This document shows, piece by piece, positions 26,779-36,515 of a stretch of DNA of 64,000 nucleotides. The notes under the pieces were generated by a model. It searched no databases. It was not told the origin of the DNA and saw only the letters and a list, made by a program, of their open reading frames with translations. Each line of letters begins with the position of its first letter. The stretch's first letter is position 1. The stretch comes from a virus (taxonomy: Duplodnaviria; Caudoviricetes). Made by a program: the position numbers and the translations under genes. Where the stretch lies: positions 2,966-66,965 of IMG/VR virus record IMGVR_UViG_3300002137_000145; one strand, written 5' to 3'.

Positions 26779-29700
26779 ATGGCACGTAAAACAATTGATA
26801 TTGGTACCGTAGGTAATGATGGTACAGGCGATAGTATTCGCGACTCGTTCAGAAAAGTTAATGATAACTTTCGAGAACTATACAGTTCGTTAGGACTAGG
26901 TGAACGACTTTCGTTCATCGGTCTAGACGATACTCCAGGTTCGTATGTTGGACAGAACGATCCAACTACAGGTTCTACACCGTTGGTCACAGTTAATAAC
27001 ACTGAATCGGGGGTAGCATTTAAACAACTAGTTTCTGGAAATGGTATTAGTATTGACTTTATTACTAATCCAAATGAGATTTCGATTAATGCAGACTTTG
27101 CTGAAATTTCTGCAGATACATCCCCACAGTTAGGTGGCGACTTATCTCTACGCTCTGGTGGCCTACAATATAGAATCCTAGATGCAGGAACTCAATTAAC
27201 ACCCCTATCACCTTTATACAAACATGAATTAGTTAATAAAGCATATGCTGATAGTAAAATATCAAGAGCAGGTGTGAATGCTATTAATCCAGAAACCGGA
27301 AGTGCAGATTCAGCGTTTGGTCGCATGTCTGGTCCGTTGATACTTTCTAGAGATCCAGAGCCAGACGATGATGTTAACTTCGATGGCTTAGTTGCTGCAA
27401 CAAAACGATACGTTGACAACGCTGCATTTGGCAGTTCTGTAAACTTATACGTTGCAACATCTGGGGCAGACGAAAGAGTGGGCGTGTCGAGATCGTTGCA
27501 AGGTCGTGCATTGGCCTATGCCTATCGTACATTAGAAGCAGCGTTAAAACGTGCCGAAGAAATAATTTTAGAATCACCATTGCGAATTGGACCTTATAGA
27601 AAGGTATTAACTTATAACCAAGGAGCTTCTGATGTCACATTAAGTAGCATTACAAGTTCTCCGAGTTCTGGAAGTGGATTTGCAGGCGATGTAAAATTAA
27701 GTGTTAATGCTGTAGTGCTCAACTCCGTTGGTACAAACTACTTTCCTGGGGATATTTTAAGCATAGTTGGCGGAACCGGAACCGGAGCGTGTACCATTGA
27801 GGTGCTGTCAACACTAACTACTCCTGGGGCTATATTAACTTATAGAATTATTTCTACAGGTACATACTCAGTCTTGCCAGGTGCTACTTCTGTATCCACT
27901 GTAATCGACGAATCAGCTGCACCTGTAGGTATTGGCGCTATTGGCGCAGGTGCTACATTTAATATTACCTATAGAGTCAACTCTGTAACCATCACAAACG
28001 GCGGAACTGGATATTCGCTAGTATCAGTTCGTATCACTGGTGGCGGTGGCGTAGGTGCATTTGGTACTGCGGTAGTCACTGGCGGTGTGATTACTAGTAT
28101 TACTATTACCGATAGAGGTACTGGATTTACTAGCTTACCAACGTTAACTGTCGATCTGCCAAGATTCTTACTTGATACCCAAGGATACCGAACAGATTTC
28201 ACAGGTGATGTCTCTACTGATACTCCGCAGGCTATTCGAGGCAGAGACATCCGTGAAGGATTATATCTAGAAGGTGTTACTTCTGGAGCACTTGCACAAA
28301 TTTTAGCACACGACGGTTCACTTGATTCTGAAGGCAGAGAGATTTTTGATGTTGACGTTAAGTTTGGTTCATTTGTTGAAGGTGAAATAATAGCCTACGG
28401 CGATATTACCTTAAGTACACAAATTTCTGTTTTGGTTGAAAGTGGTGAGTACTATGAAAACTATCCACTAAAAGTTCCGCAAAACGTATCTATTGTTGGT
28501 GATGAATTTCGTAGATGTATTATTAGACCAAAGCCAGGAACATCAAGTTCCCCGTGGGCGTTCCAAAAATTTCGTAGAGACACTGTCGTTGACGGATTAG
28601 CTGTTGCTGATAAAATATACGGTTATCACTATCTACAAGACTCTTCCGAACCGGTTTATCCAAAAGTCGATAACAAGGGTACGTATACCGCTGCTGCAGA
28701 GTTAATCAATTTAAACAGAGCATTCTTGCAAGAAGAAATCATTGCATGGATGGATTATCAAATAGCAAATACTATTTCTCCATTTACACCTGCATTTAGT
28801 TATACCAGCGCTTTATGTAAGAGAGATGTAGGATTACTAGTTGATGCATTTACTTTTGACCTAAAGTACGGTGGATATAATAGAACTATCTCTGCAGGAT
28901 TAAAGTATTATGAAAGCGCTAGTGCTAGAATTGCTATTACAGATCAGCTGAACGAGTACCTTGCAGTATTAGTTCATCTAGAAAATTTAATGATAGACAT
29001 CATAGATAATACTGTAATATCAACTATATACAACGATCTTGCTCCGCAGATTATAGATGCTGCTTATCAAGCAGAGGTTGATGTTGACATAGTTATTCAA
29101 GCTCTATTAGCAGCATTAACTGATGTAATCGATGGATCAGGCAGCGTAAACTATCCTAAAGAAAATCAATACATGGACGTTTTCCTTGCCAACGATGCGG
29201 TTCGCTGGCAGGCTATTACTGCACAAGGTCACGGCGGCTTTATGTGTGTGCTTGATCCCGAAGGTCAAATTCTTGCCAAGTCTCCGTATGCTCAAGAATG
29301 CGCATCATTCTCTCGAAGCACTAATCGCCAGACGTTTGCAGGTGGTAAGTTTGTTGACGGCTTTACCGGAAACCTACAATTTAATCACATTTCATCGGAC
29401 GCTACATTTACTAGATTGTCAGTTAGTGGACTAGAACGTTTACCTAAATTGCCGGCCAGTTTCTTAGTTGATGACAGTGTACTCCGCATTAACTATGTTA
29501 GAGATTATGTCTATAGCCCAGCCGGTTCAACTGCTACATTTGTATTAGACGAAACTACACCGTATAACAGAGCCGCTGGCGCACAAACATGTACTATTAG
29601 CAACGGTACTCCTGCTGTTATTACATTTACTGAACATAAGATGCAAGCAGGAGCTACTCTTGTATTCGCAGTAAGCGAGGGCGGCAGTTTACCTACAGGT

Positions 29701-32700
29701 ATTATTGCTGGACAAGAATATTACGTAGTCGGTGACGGCATAAGCAACAACACATTTAACATAACTGCAACGTTTGGTTCGATTGTAAAAGTTGCTACAT
29801 CATCAAGCGGGACTGGTACATTTACCTATCAACGTAGATATGAATTGTTAATGCCAGGCAACCGTTCTATGCTGTCAAATGACTTTACACAAATCAACGA
29901 TTTAGGATATGGTCTAGTAGCAACAAACGGCGGATTGATTGAAGCTGTGTCAATGTTTACCTACTACTGCCATATTTCATACTATTCTATCAATGGTGGA
30001 CAGATTCGAAGTGTAGGCGGGTCAAGTGCCCATGGTACATATGCCTTGGTTGCAGAAGGTGCTGATCCATTAGAAGTTCCAACACCAACTACAGTTTATG
30101 AAGAATTTAGTCAGAAGGCTAAATGTTATTTCCCATCCGGCACGTATGCAAACACACTAAATGGATTGTTCATATACATATACGCATACGAATATACACC
30201 ATTAGGTGGAAGTGAACTAGAGATTGATCACAGCGGGGTAATTTATAGATACCCAGTTAGTAATGTGACGACACTTGATTTGCCAGCCGGTGTTGCTAGA
30301 CTGAACCTCGGCGGAGCCGGTGGGGCAGCTACTGCTGATGGACTGTTTTTACAAGTACCGAATAATACAGTATTAACTATTAGAAATAACGGTCAACTAT
30401 TTCTTACTGGTGATTTAGCTGAAGTTGCTGTTAGACCATCTACTGGGTTAAAACTAAGAGAAACCGAAGACAGCGTTTATCGAGTTCTTCAATTTAGCCA
30501 ATCTGTGGATTCAAATGCACCATACAATGTAAGCGTCACTGTTGCTGATCCGGCGGTATTTAAAATATTACTAACAATTACTGACATTGCTACGAATCTA
30601 TGTACAACCAGCGGTAATCATAAATTAAAAGTAGGCGATGTAGTTGTTCCTACTAGTTCATCGAACGGTCTTCTTGCTGATACCACATACTATGTTATTA
30701 GCATTCCAGAATATAATCAATTTTATCTATCGCTAACTGTTGACGGTGCTAGTCCTAGTCTAGGTGACGGGTCTAGTTTGTATATTCAAGCTGCTAAATC
30801 TCATAAGCTGATAGAAAACTATACTTTAGAATTGTCTGATCCTGTACTAGACAATGTAGTAATTACTGGCACTTCTGGCCAGTTTAGTTGCAGTGCAACA
30901 AACTTAGTCAGCGGTCAAACAATTGCCATCAGTGGAATTAATGTCGGTACTGGTAGCATTGCGGGATATGCAAGTCCAACTACTTATTATATTATTGCAA
31001 CCAATGGAACGACAACATTTACCCTATCAGCGTCATCCGGTGGTGCTGCTATAGCAACAACTACAGGAACTCCAGTAGGATTAACTTACACAGGCGTATT
31101 TCCTGCACCGTTAACTAATGACAATCAAATTTATTGGGTTATTACCGATGGGCTAACTGAGACCGAATTTAAAGTAGCGCTTACAAAAAACGGTAATCCC
31201 GTAGCTGTGACTGCTGCTGGCAGTGGAACATTTGGTTATAGTCTTTATGGTTTAACTAGAACTGTTACCAGAGAGAATTATAATTACAACGACTTAACAT
31301 TATACCAACCAGGTGAATGGACCGACGACTACCCAACTGGTAGAACCTGTACTATATCCGTAGCAGATCCTGCAGAAATTGGTCTAGTTGCACACGGCTT
31401 TACTGCGGGCGATGTTATTAAGTTTGAAACTACTGGAGTAATGCCAACTGGTGTGACTACCAACAACAATTTCCACGTACTGAGTGCAGGGATAACTACT
31501 GACACATTCCGAATTAGTCTAGTTCCAGGCGGCGACGCAGTAGTCACTTCAGGAACTCAGACAGGAACACATACAGTAGGTACAGTCACTGGTGGTGTTG
31601 GCTCCACGATATTCGCTGTGGTTCCAGTGGCGACTCAGGAAGTAAGTAGAGTATCAGGTAGTAAATTTGTGTTCCTCGGAGAGGAATATGTTATTGATAC
31701 TTACCAAAATGAGGCAATAACCAACGAGGCATGGGCAAGAGTTATTTTAAATCGTCCATTGGTTGACAGTATAATTGCTTATCAAAATTCGTACACAATT
31801 AAGTCTGCGGTGGCCATTAGAACTAACGGAGCTATTGGTAGTTTAACTATTCGTATTTCGTTGACTCGTGTAACAAGTCATGATTTGTTAGAAATTGGTA
31901 CAGGATCCTATGCAGATACTAACTATCCTAGCGAAATTTATGGGGCACCGGTAAATGCAGTTAACGCGAGTCAGGAAACTCAAGAACGAGATGTTGGACG
32001 TTGCTTTTATGTGACCACTGACCAATTTGGTAATTTTAGTGTTGGTCCATATTTTAGAGTTGACCAAGGTACTGGTACTGTGACATTTGCTGCGTCAATT
32101 GCATTGAGCAACTTAGATGGTATCGGTTTTAAACGAGGAGTTCCAGTAAGTGAGTTTTCAACAGACTCTGGATTTACAGACAACGCTACTGATACAGTGC
32201 CGACAGAAAATGCTGCACGTATCTATATAGAGCGGCGATTAGGAATAGGACATGACGGATCAGCAGTGACTCCAAGTCAATTAATACCAACAGTATCCGG
32301 TGGCTTTATGGCACTAGATGGACAGTTAGGTATGAAAGCGACTATGAATCTAAACTTCAATAAGATTACTAATCTTACTGATCCTGTTGCTGCCCAAGAT
32401 GCAGTTAACTTGCGAAGTTTAACCGTAGATAACTTCCAAGATTGGGAAGGTGCTGATCCAAAAGGTGGAGACTTTATGATCTTCACTGGAGTCGGTAATA
32501 CACTGATCAATGCTACTATCACAGGAGACCTAACACTTGATCTCAGAGCAGGCGTTGACTCTTCTGTAAACAACATCGATGTACAGTTAAATGCAGGTGT
32601 TGTTAATAATGCAGAAGTTAGTGCAAGTGCTGCGATTGAACAAAGCAAGTTGGATATGGTTATTGCTGCTGCTGGTGCCGCAGCTCCAACAGGATCAGCA

Positions 32701-33789
32701 GCAGTGATACAAGCTGCTAGTGGATTGGCAAGTTTTAATACTTCTGACTTTACAGTATCCAATGGTTGGGTAAGTTTGAAATCAAACTCAGTGGCATTAG
32801 GAGATATTGCTCAGATTGCTAGTAAAACTGTTCTAGCTAATTCAACGCTATCCACCGGAAATGTAAGTGCTGTAGCATTTAGTGATGTGGTAGACCAAGG
32901 ACTTGCTGTTAAGAAATTACAGTTTAATGCTGTAGGATTCTTAAAGAGAACGTCTGCTTCTAGCTTTAGCTCGGACGGTGACTATGCTATGATCAATAGC
33001 TCTGCAGGTTCAAGCGCGAGTGTTGGAGCAAGTGAACTAATTGCTAGAGATAGCAATGGCGACTTTGGTGGTAGAATTATTGATGTGCAACAATACAAAA
33101 TCGACACTAATTTAACTATTGATACTACCGCTACTGCCACAGGTGGGTATATTAGATACTACGGATATGACTCCGGGGGCGGCATGCTGGTACAAAACGG
33201 TTCGTTGGCAGCTGACAGAGCTACCAACTACTGGAACGATACGCACTACTTTAAAACACAGAACGGTGTTAGTGCTGCTCCGATTGTAGCATCAAGCGTA
33301 CAAGTCACTGCTATCACAACTGGTGGTAATACAACAGCTGGTACGATTACTGGTCGTTGGACACTAACTGGTACTAGTCCAAATGAGTCAAGGATGCAGG
33401 CAACTTATTCCGCTGACTTAGCAGAGAACTACGAAGGCGATAAGCAATACGAAGTTGGGCTAGTGTTGGTATTTGGTGGCGATAAAGAAGTCACTACAAC
33501 TAACGTCAAAGGCGATACAAGAGTAGCAGGAGTTGTATCTAACACTGCTGCATACACTATGTATGAAGCATGTCCAGGTTTAAAGAACTTAGTTGCGCTA
33601 CAAGGGCGTGTACCATGTAGAGTAGTTGGTAAAATTAATAAAGGAGACATCTTGATTACATCAGGAATTCCAGGTGTAGCAATGGCTGCTACAGGAGATG
33701 TCAAAGTAGGTACCGTGGTTGGTAAGTCGTTAACAACTTACGATAGCGATCACATTGGCACAATTGAAATTGCAGTAGGGAGAACATAA
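26779..33789 (+). CDS. giant baseplate/tail structural protein (2336 aa)
   Basis: T4 gp9/gp10-like N-terminus IDIGTVGNDGTGDSIRDSFRKVNDNF; G/T/S-rich beta repeats; C-terminal ADLAENY...GVVS...VALQGRVPC autoproteolytic chaperone-like domain. Confidence 0.85.
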   Translation: MARKTIDIGTVGNDGTGDSIRDSFRKVNDNFRELYSSLGLGERLSFIGLDDTPGSYVGQNDPTTGSTPLVTVNNTESGVAFKQLVSGNGISIDFITNPNEISINADFAEISADTSPQLGGDLSLRSGGLQYRILDAGTQLTPLSPLYKHELVNKAYADSKISRAGVNAINPETGSADSAFGRMSGPLILSRDPEPDDDVNFDGLVAATKRYVDNAAFGSSVNLYVATSGADERVGVSRSLQGRALAYAYRTLEAALKRAEEIILESPLRIGPYRKVLTYNQGASDVTLSSITSSPSSGSGFAGDVKLSVNAVVLNSVGTNYFPGDILSIVGGTGTGACTIEVLSTLTTPGAILTYRIISTGTYSVLPGATSVSTVIDESAAPVGIGAIGAGATFNITYRVNSVTITNGGTGYSLVSVRITGGGGVGAFGTAVVTGGVITSITITDRGTGFTSLPTLTVDLPRFLLDTQGYRTDFTGDVSTDTPQAIRGRDIREGLYLEGVTSGALAQILAHDGSLDSEGREIFDVDVKFGSFVEGEIIAYGDITLSTQISVLVESGEYYENYPLKVPQNVSIVGDEFRRCIIRPKPGTSSSPWAFQKFRRDTVVDGLAVADKIYGYHYLQDSSEPVYPKVDNKGTYTAAAELINLNRAFLQEEIIAWMDYQIANTISPFTPAFSYTSALCKRDVGLLVDAFTFDLKYGGYNRTISAGLKYYESASARIAITDQLNEYLAVLVHLENLMIDIIDNTVISTIYNDLAPQIIDAAYQAEVDVDIVIQALLAALTDVIDGSGSVNYPKENQYMDVFLANDAVRWQAITAQGHGGFMCVLDPEGQILAKSPYAQECASFSRSTNRQTFAGGKFVDGFTGNLQFNHISSDATFTRLSVSGLERLPKLPASFLVDDSVLRINYVRDYVYSPAGSTATFVLDETTPYNRAAGAQTCTISNGTPAVITFTEHKMQAGATLVFAVSEGGSLPTGIIAGQEYYVVGDGISNNTFNITATFGSIVKVATSSSGTGTFTYQRRYELLMPGNRSMLSNDFTQINDLGYGLVATNGGLIEAVSMFTYYCHISYYSINGGQIRSVGGSSAHGTYALVAEGADPLEVPTPTTVYEEFSQKAKCYFPSGTYANTLNGLFIYIYAYEYTPLGGSELEIDHSGVIYRYPVSNVTTLDLPAGVARLNLGGAGGAATADGLFLQVPNNTVLTIRNNGQLFLTGDLAEVAVRPSTGLKLRETEDSVYRVLQFSQSVDSNAPYNVSVTVADPAVFKILLTITDIATNLCTTSGNHKLKVGDVVVPTSSSNGLLADTTYYVISIPEYNQFYLSLTVDGASPSLGDGSSLYIQAAKSHKLIENYTLELSDPVLDNVVITGTSGQFSCSATNLVSGQTIAISGINVGTGSIAGYASPTTYYIIATNGTTTFTLSASSGGAAIATTTGTPVGLTYTGVFPAPLTNDNQIYWVITDGLTETEFKVALTKNGNPVAVTAAGSGTFGYSLYGLTRTVTRENYNYNDLTLYQPGEWTDDYPTGRTCTISVADPAEIGLVAHGFTAGDVIKFETTGVMPTGVTTNNNFHVLSAGITTDTFRISLVPGGDAVVTSGTQTGTHTVGTVTGGVGSTIFAVVPVATQEVSRVSGSKFVFLGEEYVIDTYQNEAITNEAWARVILNRPLVDSIIAYQNSYTIKSAVAIRTNGAIGSLTIRISLTRVTSHDLLEIGTGSYADTNYPSEIYGAPVNAVNASQETQERDVGRCFYVTTDQFGNFSVGPYFRVDQGTGTVTFAASIALSNLDGIGFKRGVPVSEFSTDSGFTDNATDTVPTENAARIYIERRLGIGHDGSAVTPSQLIPTVSGGFMALDGQLGMKATMNLNFNKITNLTDPVAAQDAVNLRSLTVDNFQDWEGADPKGGDFMIFTGVGNTLINATITGDLTLDLRAGVDSSVNNIDVQLNAGVVNNAEVSASAAIEQSKLDMVIAAAGAAAPTGSAAVIQAASGLASFNTSDFTVSNGWVSLKSNSVALGDIAQIASKTVLANSTLSTGNVSAVAFSDVVDQGLAVKKLQFNAVGFLKRTSASSFSSDGDYAMINSSAGSSASVGASELIARDSNGDFGGRIIDVQQYKIDTNLTIDTTATATGGYIRYYGYDSGGGMLVQNGSLAADRATNYWNDTHYFKTQNGVSAAPIVASSVQVTAITTGGNTTAGTITGRWTLTGTSPNESRMQATYSADLAENYEGDKQYEVGLVLVFGGDKEVTTTNVKGDTRVAGVVSNTAAYTMYEACPGLKNLVALQGRVPCRVVGKINKGDILITSGIPGVAMAATGDVKVGTVVGKSLTTYDSDHIGTIEIAVGRT

Positions 33790-35663
33790 TGGCATTTAAT
33801 TCAAATATTACAGCTGGGGCTCCTCCCTTACTGTGGAGTGATGTACACGAAGCATTTATCAAAGTTAATGAAAACTTTGACATTCTTGTTGCTACTGTTG
33901 GTGATGGTTCGGGGTTAACTCCAGTCAACTTTGAAACACTAGATACCGGTGTTAAACCTACTACAGACAACTTATATGACATCGGCGATATAACTCACAA
34001 GTGGCGCGGTATTTATTCTAGTGAATACAGCACTGTAGATCCTCTCAACGGGCTTTGGGCGGGTAATGCTCAAATTAAAGGTATAGGGTTTACAGTTAAC
34101 TTACCTGCTAATTCGACCGTAGGCGGAGATCCGCTAACTGGCATTGGTACTAGTTTAATTATCGATCCAGACAAAACGTTTTTTAAATCTGTTCAAGTAG
34201 ACAACGGCAACCAAGTTGTTGCTGCTGACTTTGCGGCGGTGTTGAATCTAAATTCAGGTACTGCTGTACAATTAGTAGTTGATTCGGCTGCTGAAAGTAT
34301 CACAGTAAACAACACAGGCGTCACTAGTTTATCGGCTGGAGCAGGTATATCAGTTAGTGCTGCTACCGGTAGTATCTCTGTAGCGAATACTGGAGTTAGA
34401 AGTTTATCAAGCATCACAGCATTGCCAAGCGGACGCACTGCTGGCGCAGGTATCAATATAGATAATTCAACAGGTGACGGTATTAAGATCACCAATGCCG
34501 GTGTGCTTAGTATTTCAAACGGAGTTGGTATCACAGTTTCTACAGATGTCGCTTCAGGCGATGTGACTATTACTAACAGTGCGCCTGCACAGAACTCATT
34601 TGCAAACTTTGAAATCAACGGAGACAGCGGAGACAGGATTTCTGCAGACGCTACTAGTGATATATTTTATATTAACAGCGGCGCAGGCATTACGTTAACT
34701 AAAGACACTGGAACTGATACATTAACATTCGCTGTTAATCCAGTATTTGATTTAACAGGCAGTGTGTTTGCTGATGACAGTACATTATTAGTTGATGCAG
34801 TAGATGGAAAGATTGTTGGTGATGTTTATACCTCTGTTCTAAGAACAAGCGAAACAAAGATTGCACTTGGTGAAAATGCAGGTCTTACAACTCAAGGCGT
34901 CTATGCAGTAGCAGTTGGAACAGATGCAGGTAAAACAACTCAAGGCACAGAAGCAGTAGCAATCGGTAATGATGCAGGTAACACAACTCAAGGCGCAGGT
35001 GCAGTGGCAGTTGGTGGTTCGGCAGGCTACACAGGTCAAGGTGAATTTGCAGTAGCAGTTGGTAATGATGCAGGTAACACAACTCAAGGCTATGGTGCTA
35101 CAGCAGTAGGTAACTCCTCAGGTAGTAATACACAAGGCAATTTTGCAGTAGCAATTGGCTTTAATGCTGGAACTACATCGCAAGGCATAAGTGCAGTAGC
35201 AATTGGTGATACAGCAGGTAAAACTAATCAAGGTGAAGACTCAATAGCAATTGGTAAAGAAGCAGGTGAAACTAACCAAGCGGCAAACTCAATTGTACTT
35301 AACGCAACTGGCGCTGCGGTAGAAAATACAACAGCAAGTAGTTTAGTAATTAAACCAATTAGAGGTGCTGATGGTACATCTATATTACAATACAATTCTA
35401 CCTCAGGCGAGGTGACATATAGTTCTGCACTGGGATCAGTAAGTGGTACATTTACTGGTAATATTTTTACTACATTAATTGACAGTTCAGACAGTTCAGC
35501 AATTACTATTACTCCTGCTGTGTTTTTTAGCAGTGATATTATTGCGGAGAACGAAATAACAATTCAAGGCAGTAGAGTTATTAATCTAGCTGGATTAAAA
35601 TCAGTGGTAGCGGCAAGTACAGACTTTGCAGACTTCCAGATTAGAATTGCGGCATTGGTATAA
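33789..35663 (+). CDS. tail fibre / adhesin-like protein with YadA-head-like repeats
   Basis: AFIKVNENF N-terminal motif; GVxSxxAGxGI repeats; AVAIG repeats. Confidence 0.8.
   Translation: MAFNSNITAGAPPLLWSDVHEAFIKVNENFDILVATVGDGSGLTPVNFETLDTGVKPTTDNLYDIGDITHKWRGIYSSEYSTVDPLNGLWAGNAQIKGIGFTVNLPANSTVGGDPLTGIGTSLIIDPDKTFFKSVQVDNGNQVVAADFAAVLNLNSGTAVQLVVDSAAESITVNNTGVTSLSAGAGISVSAATGSISVANTGVRSLSSITALPSGRTAGAGINIDNSTGDGIKITNAGVLSISNGVGITVSTDVASGDVTITNSAPAQNSFANFEINGDSGDRISADATSDIFYINSGAGITLTKDTGTDTLTFAVNPVFDLTGSVFADDSTLLVDAVDGKIVGDVYTSVLRTSETKIALGENAGLTTQGVYAVAVGTDAGKTTQGTEAVAIGNDAGNTTQGAGAVAVGGSAGYTGQGEFAVAVGNDAGNTTQGYGATAVGNSSGSNTQGNFAVAIGFNAGTTSQGISAVAIGDTAGKTNQGEDSIAIGKEAGETNQAANSIVLNATGAAVENTTASSLVIKPIRGADGTSILQYNSTSGEVTYSSALGSVSGTFTGNIFTTLIDSSDSSAITITPAVFFSSDIIAENEITIQGSRVINLAGLKSVVAASTDFADFQIRIAALV
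34860..35285 (+). repeat. nine coding tandem repeats of 48 nt / 16 aa
   Basis: Consensus xAVAVGxDAGxTTQGx; recurring DNA ggtaatgatgcaggtaacacaactcaaggc. Confidence 0.85.
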
Positions 35664-35675
35664 TTGGAGCGATAA

Positions 35676-35900
35676 ATGACACAACAAACAATCAACGTAG
35701 GCGCTTCGGCAAATGACAAACAAGGTGATAGCCTACGTGCTGCCTTTACCAAAGTTAATGCAAATTTTACAGAACTATATGCTACAACATATACACCAAC
35801 TACAGCAGGCGACTGGGCAGGAACTGCACCAACTACTGTAGGAGCAGCATTGGACAGATTAGCTGCCGCGGTTAAAGCGATAGATAGTACTGGTGCATAA
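35676..35900 (+). CDS. small structural protein, mostly a gp9/gp10-like N-terminal motif
   Basis: QTINVGASANDKQGDSLRAAFTKVNANFTELY. Confidence 0.75.
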   Translation: MTQQTINVGASANDKQGDSLRAAFTKVNANFTELYATTYTPTTAGDWAGTAPTTVGAALDRLAAAVKAIDSTGA

Positions 35901-35927
35901 CGGTAAATATACTAAAGAGAGCGCATA

Positions 35928-36503
35928 ATGACAGTACAAACAATTAATATCGGAAATGTAGTAAACGATGGCCTAGGTGATGATCTACGCACCGCCTTTC
36001 AAAAGGTTAACGCTAACTTTACATCATTGAGTACAGAATTAACCATTACAGCATCAAACGTAGGTATAACAGGATACGGAGTTTTTAAACAAAAAACTGG
36101 TGCTAATTTAGAATTCAAAACACTAGTGTCTGGTACTAAAATGTTGTTAGACGACACAAGTGACGCTATCATCTTTAATAATACTTCTCCGGATGCTTTT
36201 ATTAGAATTGACACAGATTCCGGTAGCATGTTAGCCAGCACACATCAACAGATCACATTTGGTGGTACTGCTGCTCCTGGTTCGGTGACTAGCAGAAAAG
36301 ATATAGAAGTCACAACAACTGGTTCGACTGTTTCTTTTAAAACTATCATTCCAGTCACAGATATTCTAACATCGTATGATTTCGGTACCATTACCGGCGA
36401 CTACGATAATGCAATGCAAGTATTGTATCAATCATCAAACATAGACTTTGGCACCATAACTCTTCCAGGAAGACTAGCTCTAGACTGTGGTTCCATATTG
36501 TAA
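35928..36503 (+). CDS. structural protein with gp9/gp10-like N-terminal motif
   Basis: QTINIGNVVNDGLGDDLRTAFQKVNANF; C-terminal DFG repeats; TAAATA at 35904. Confidence 0.8.
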   Translation: MTVQTINIGNVVNDGLGDDLRTAFQKVNANFTSLSTELTITASNVGITGYGVFKQKTGANLEFKTLVSGTKMLLDDTSDAIIFNNTSPDAFIRIDTDSGSMLASTHQQITFGGTAAPGSVTSRKDIEVTTTGSTVSFKTIIPVTDILTSYDFGTITGDYDNAMQVLYQSSNIDFGTITLPGRLALDCGSIL

Positions 36504-36515
36504 GGAGATGTCCAG

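Noticed and set aside
34860-35285. Regularly spaced DNA repeats resembling a CRISPR array
   Set aside because: Units are in-frame 48-nt coding repeats with degenerate codon positions, have no unique spacers, and no cas genes are present.
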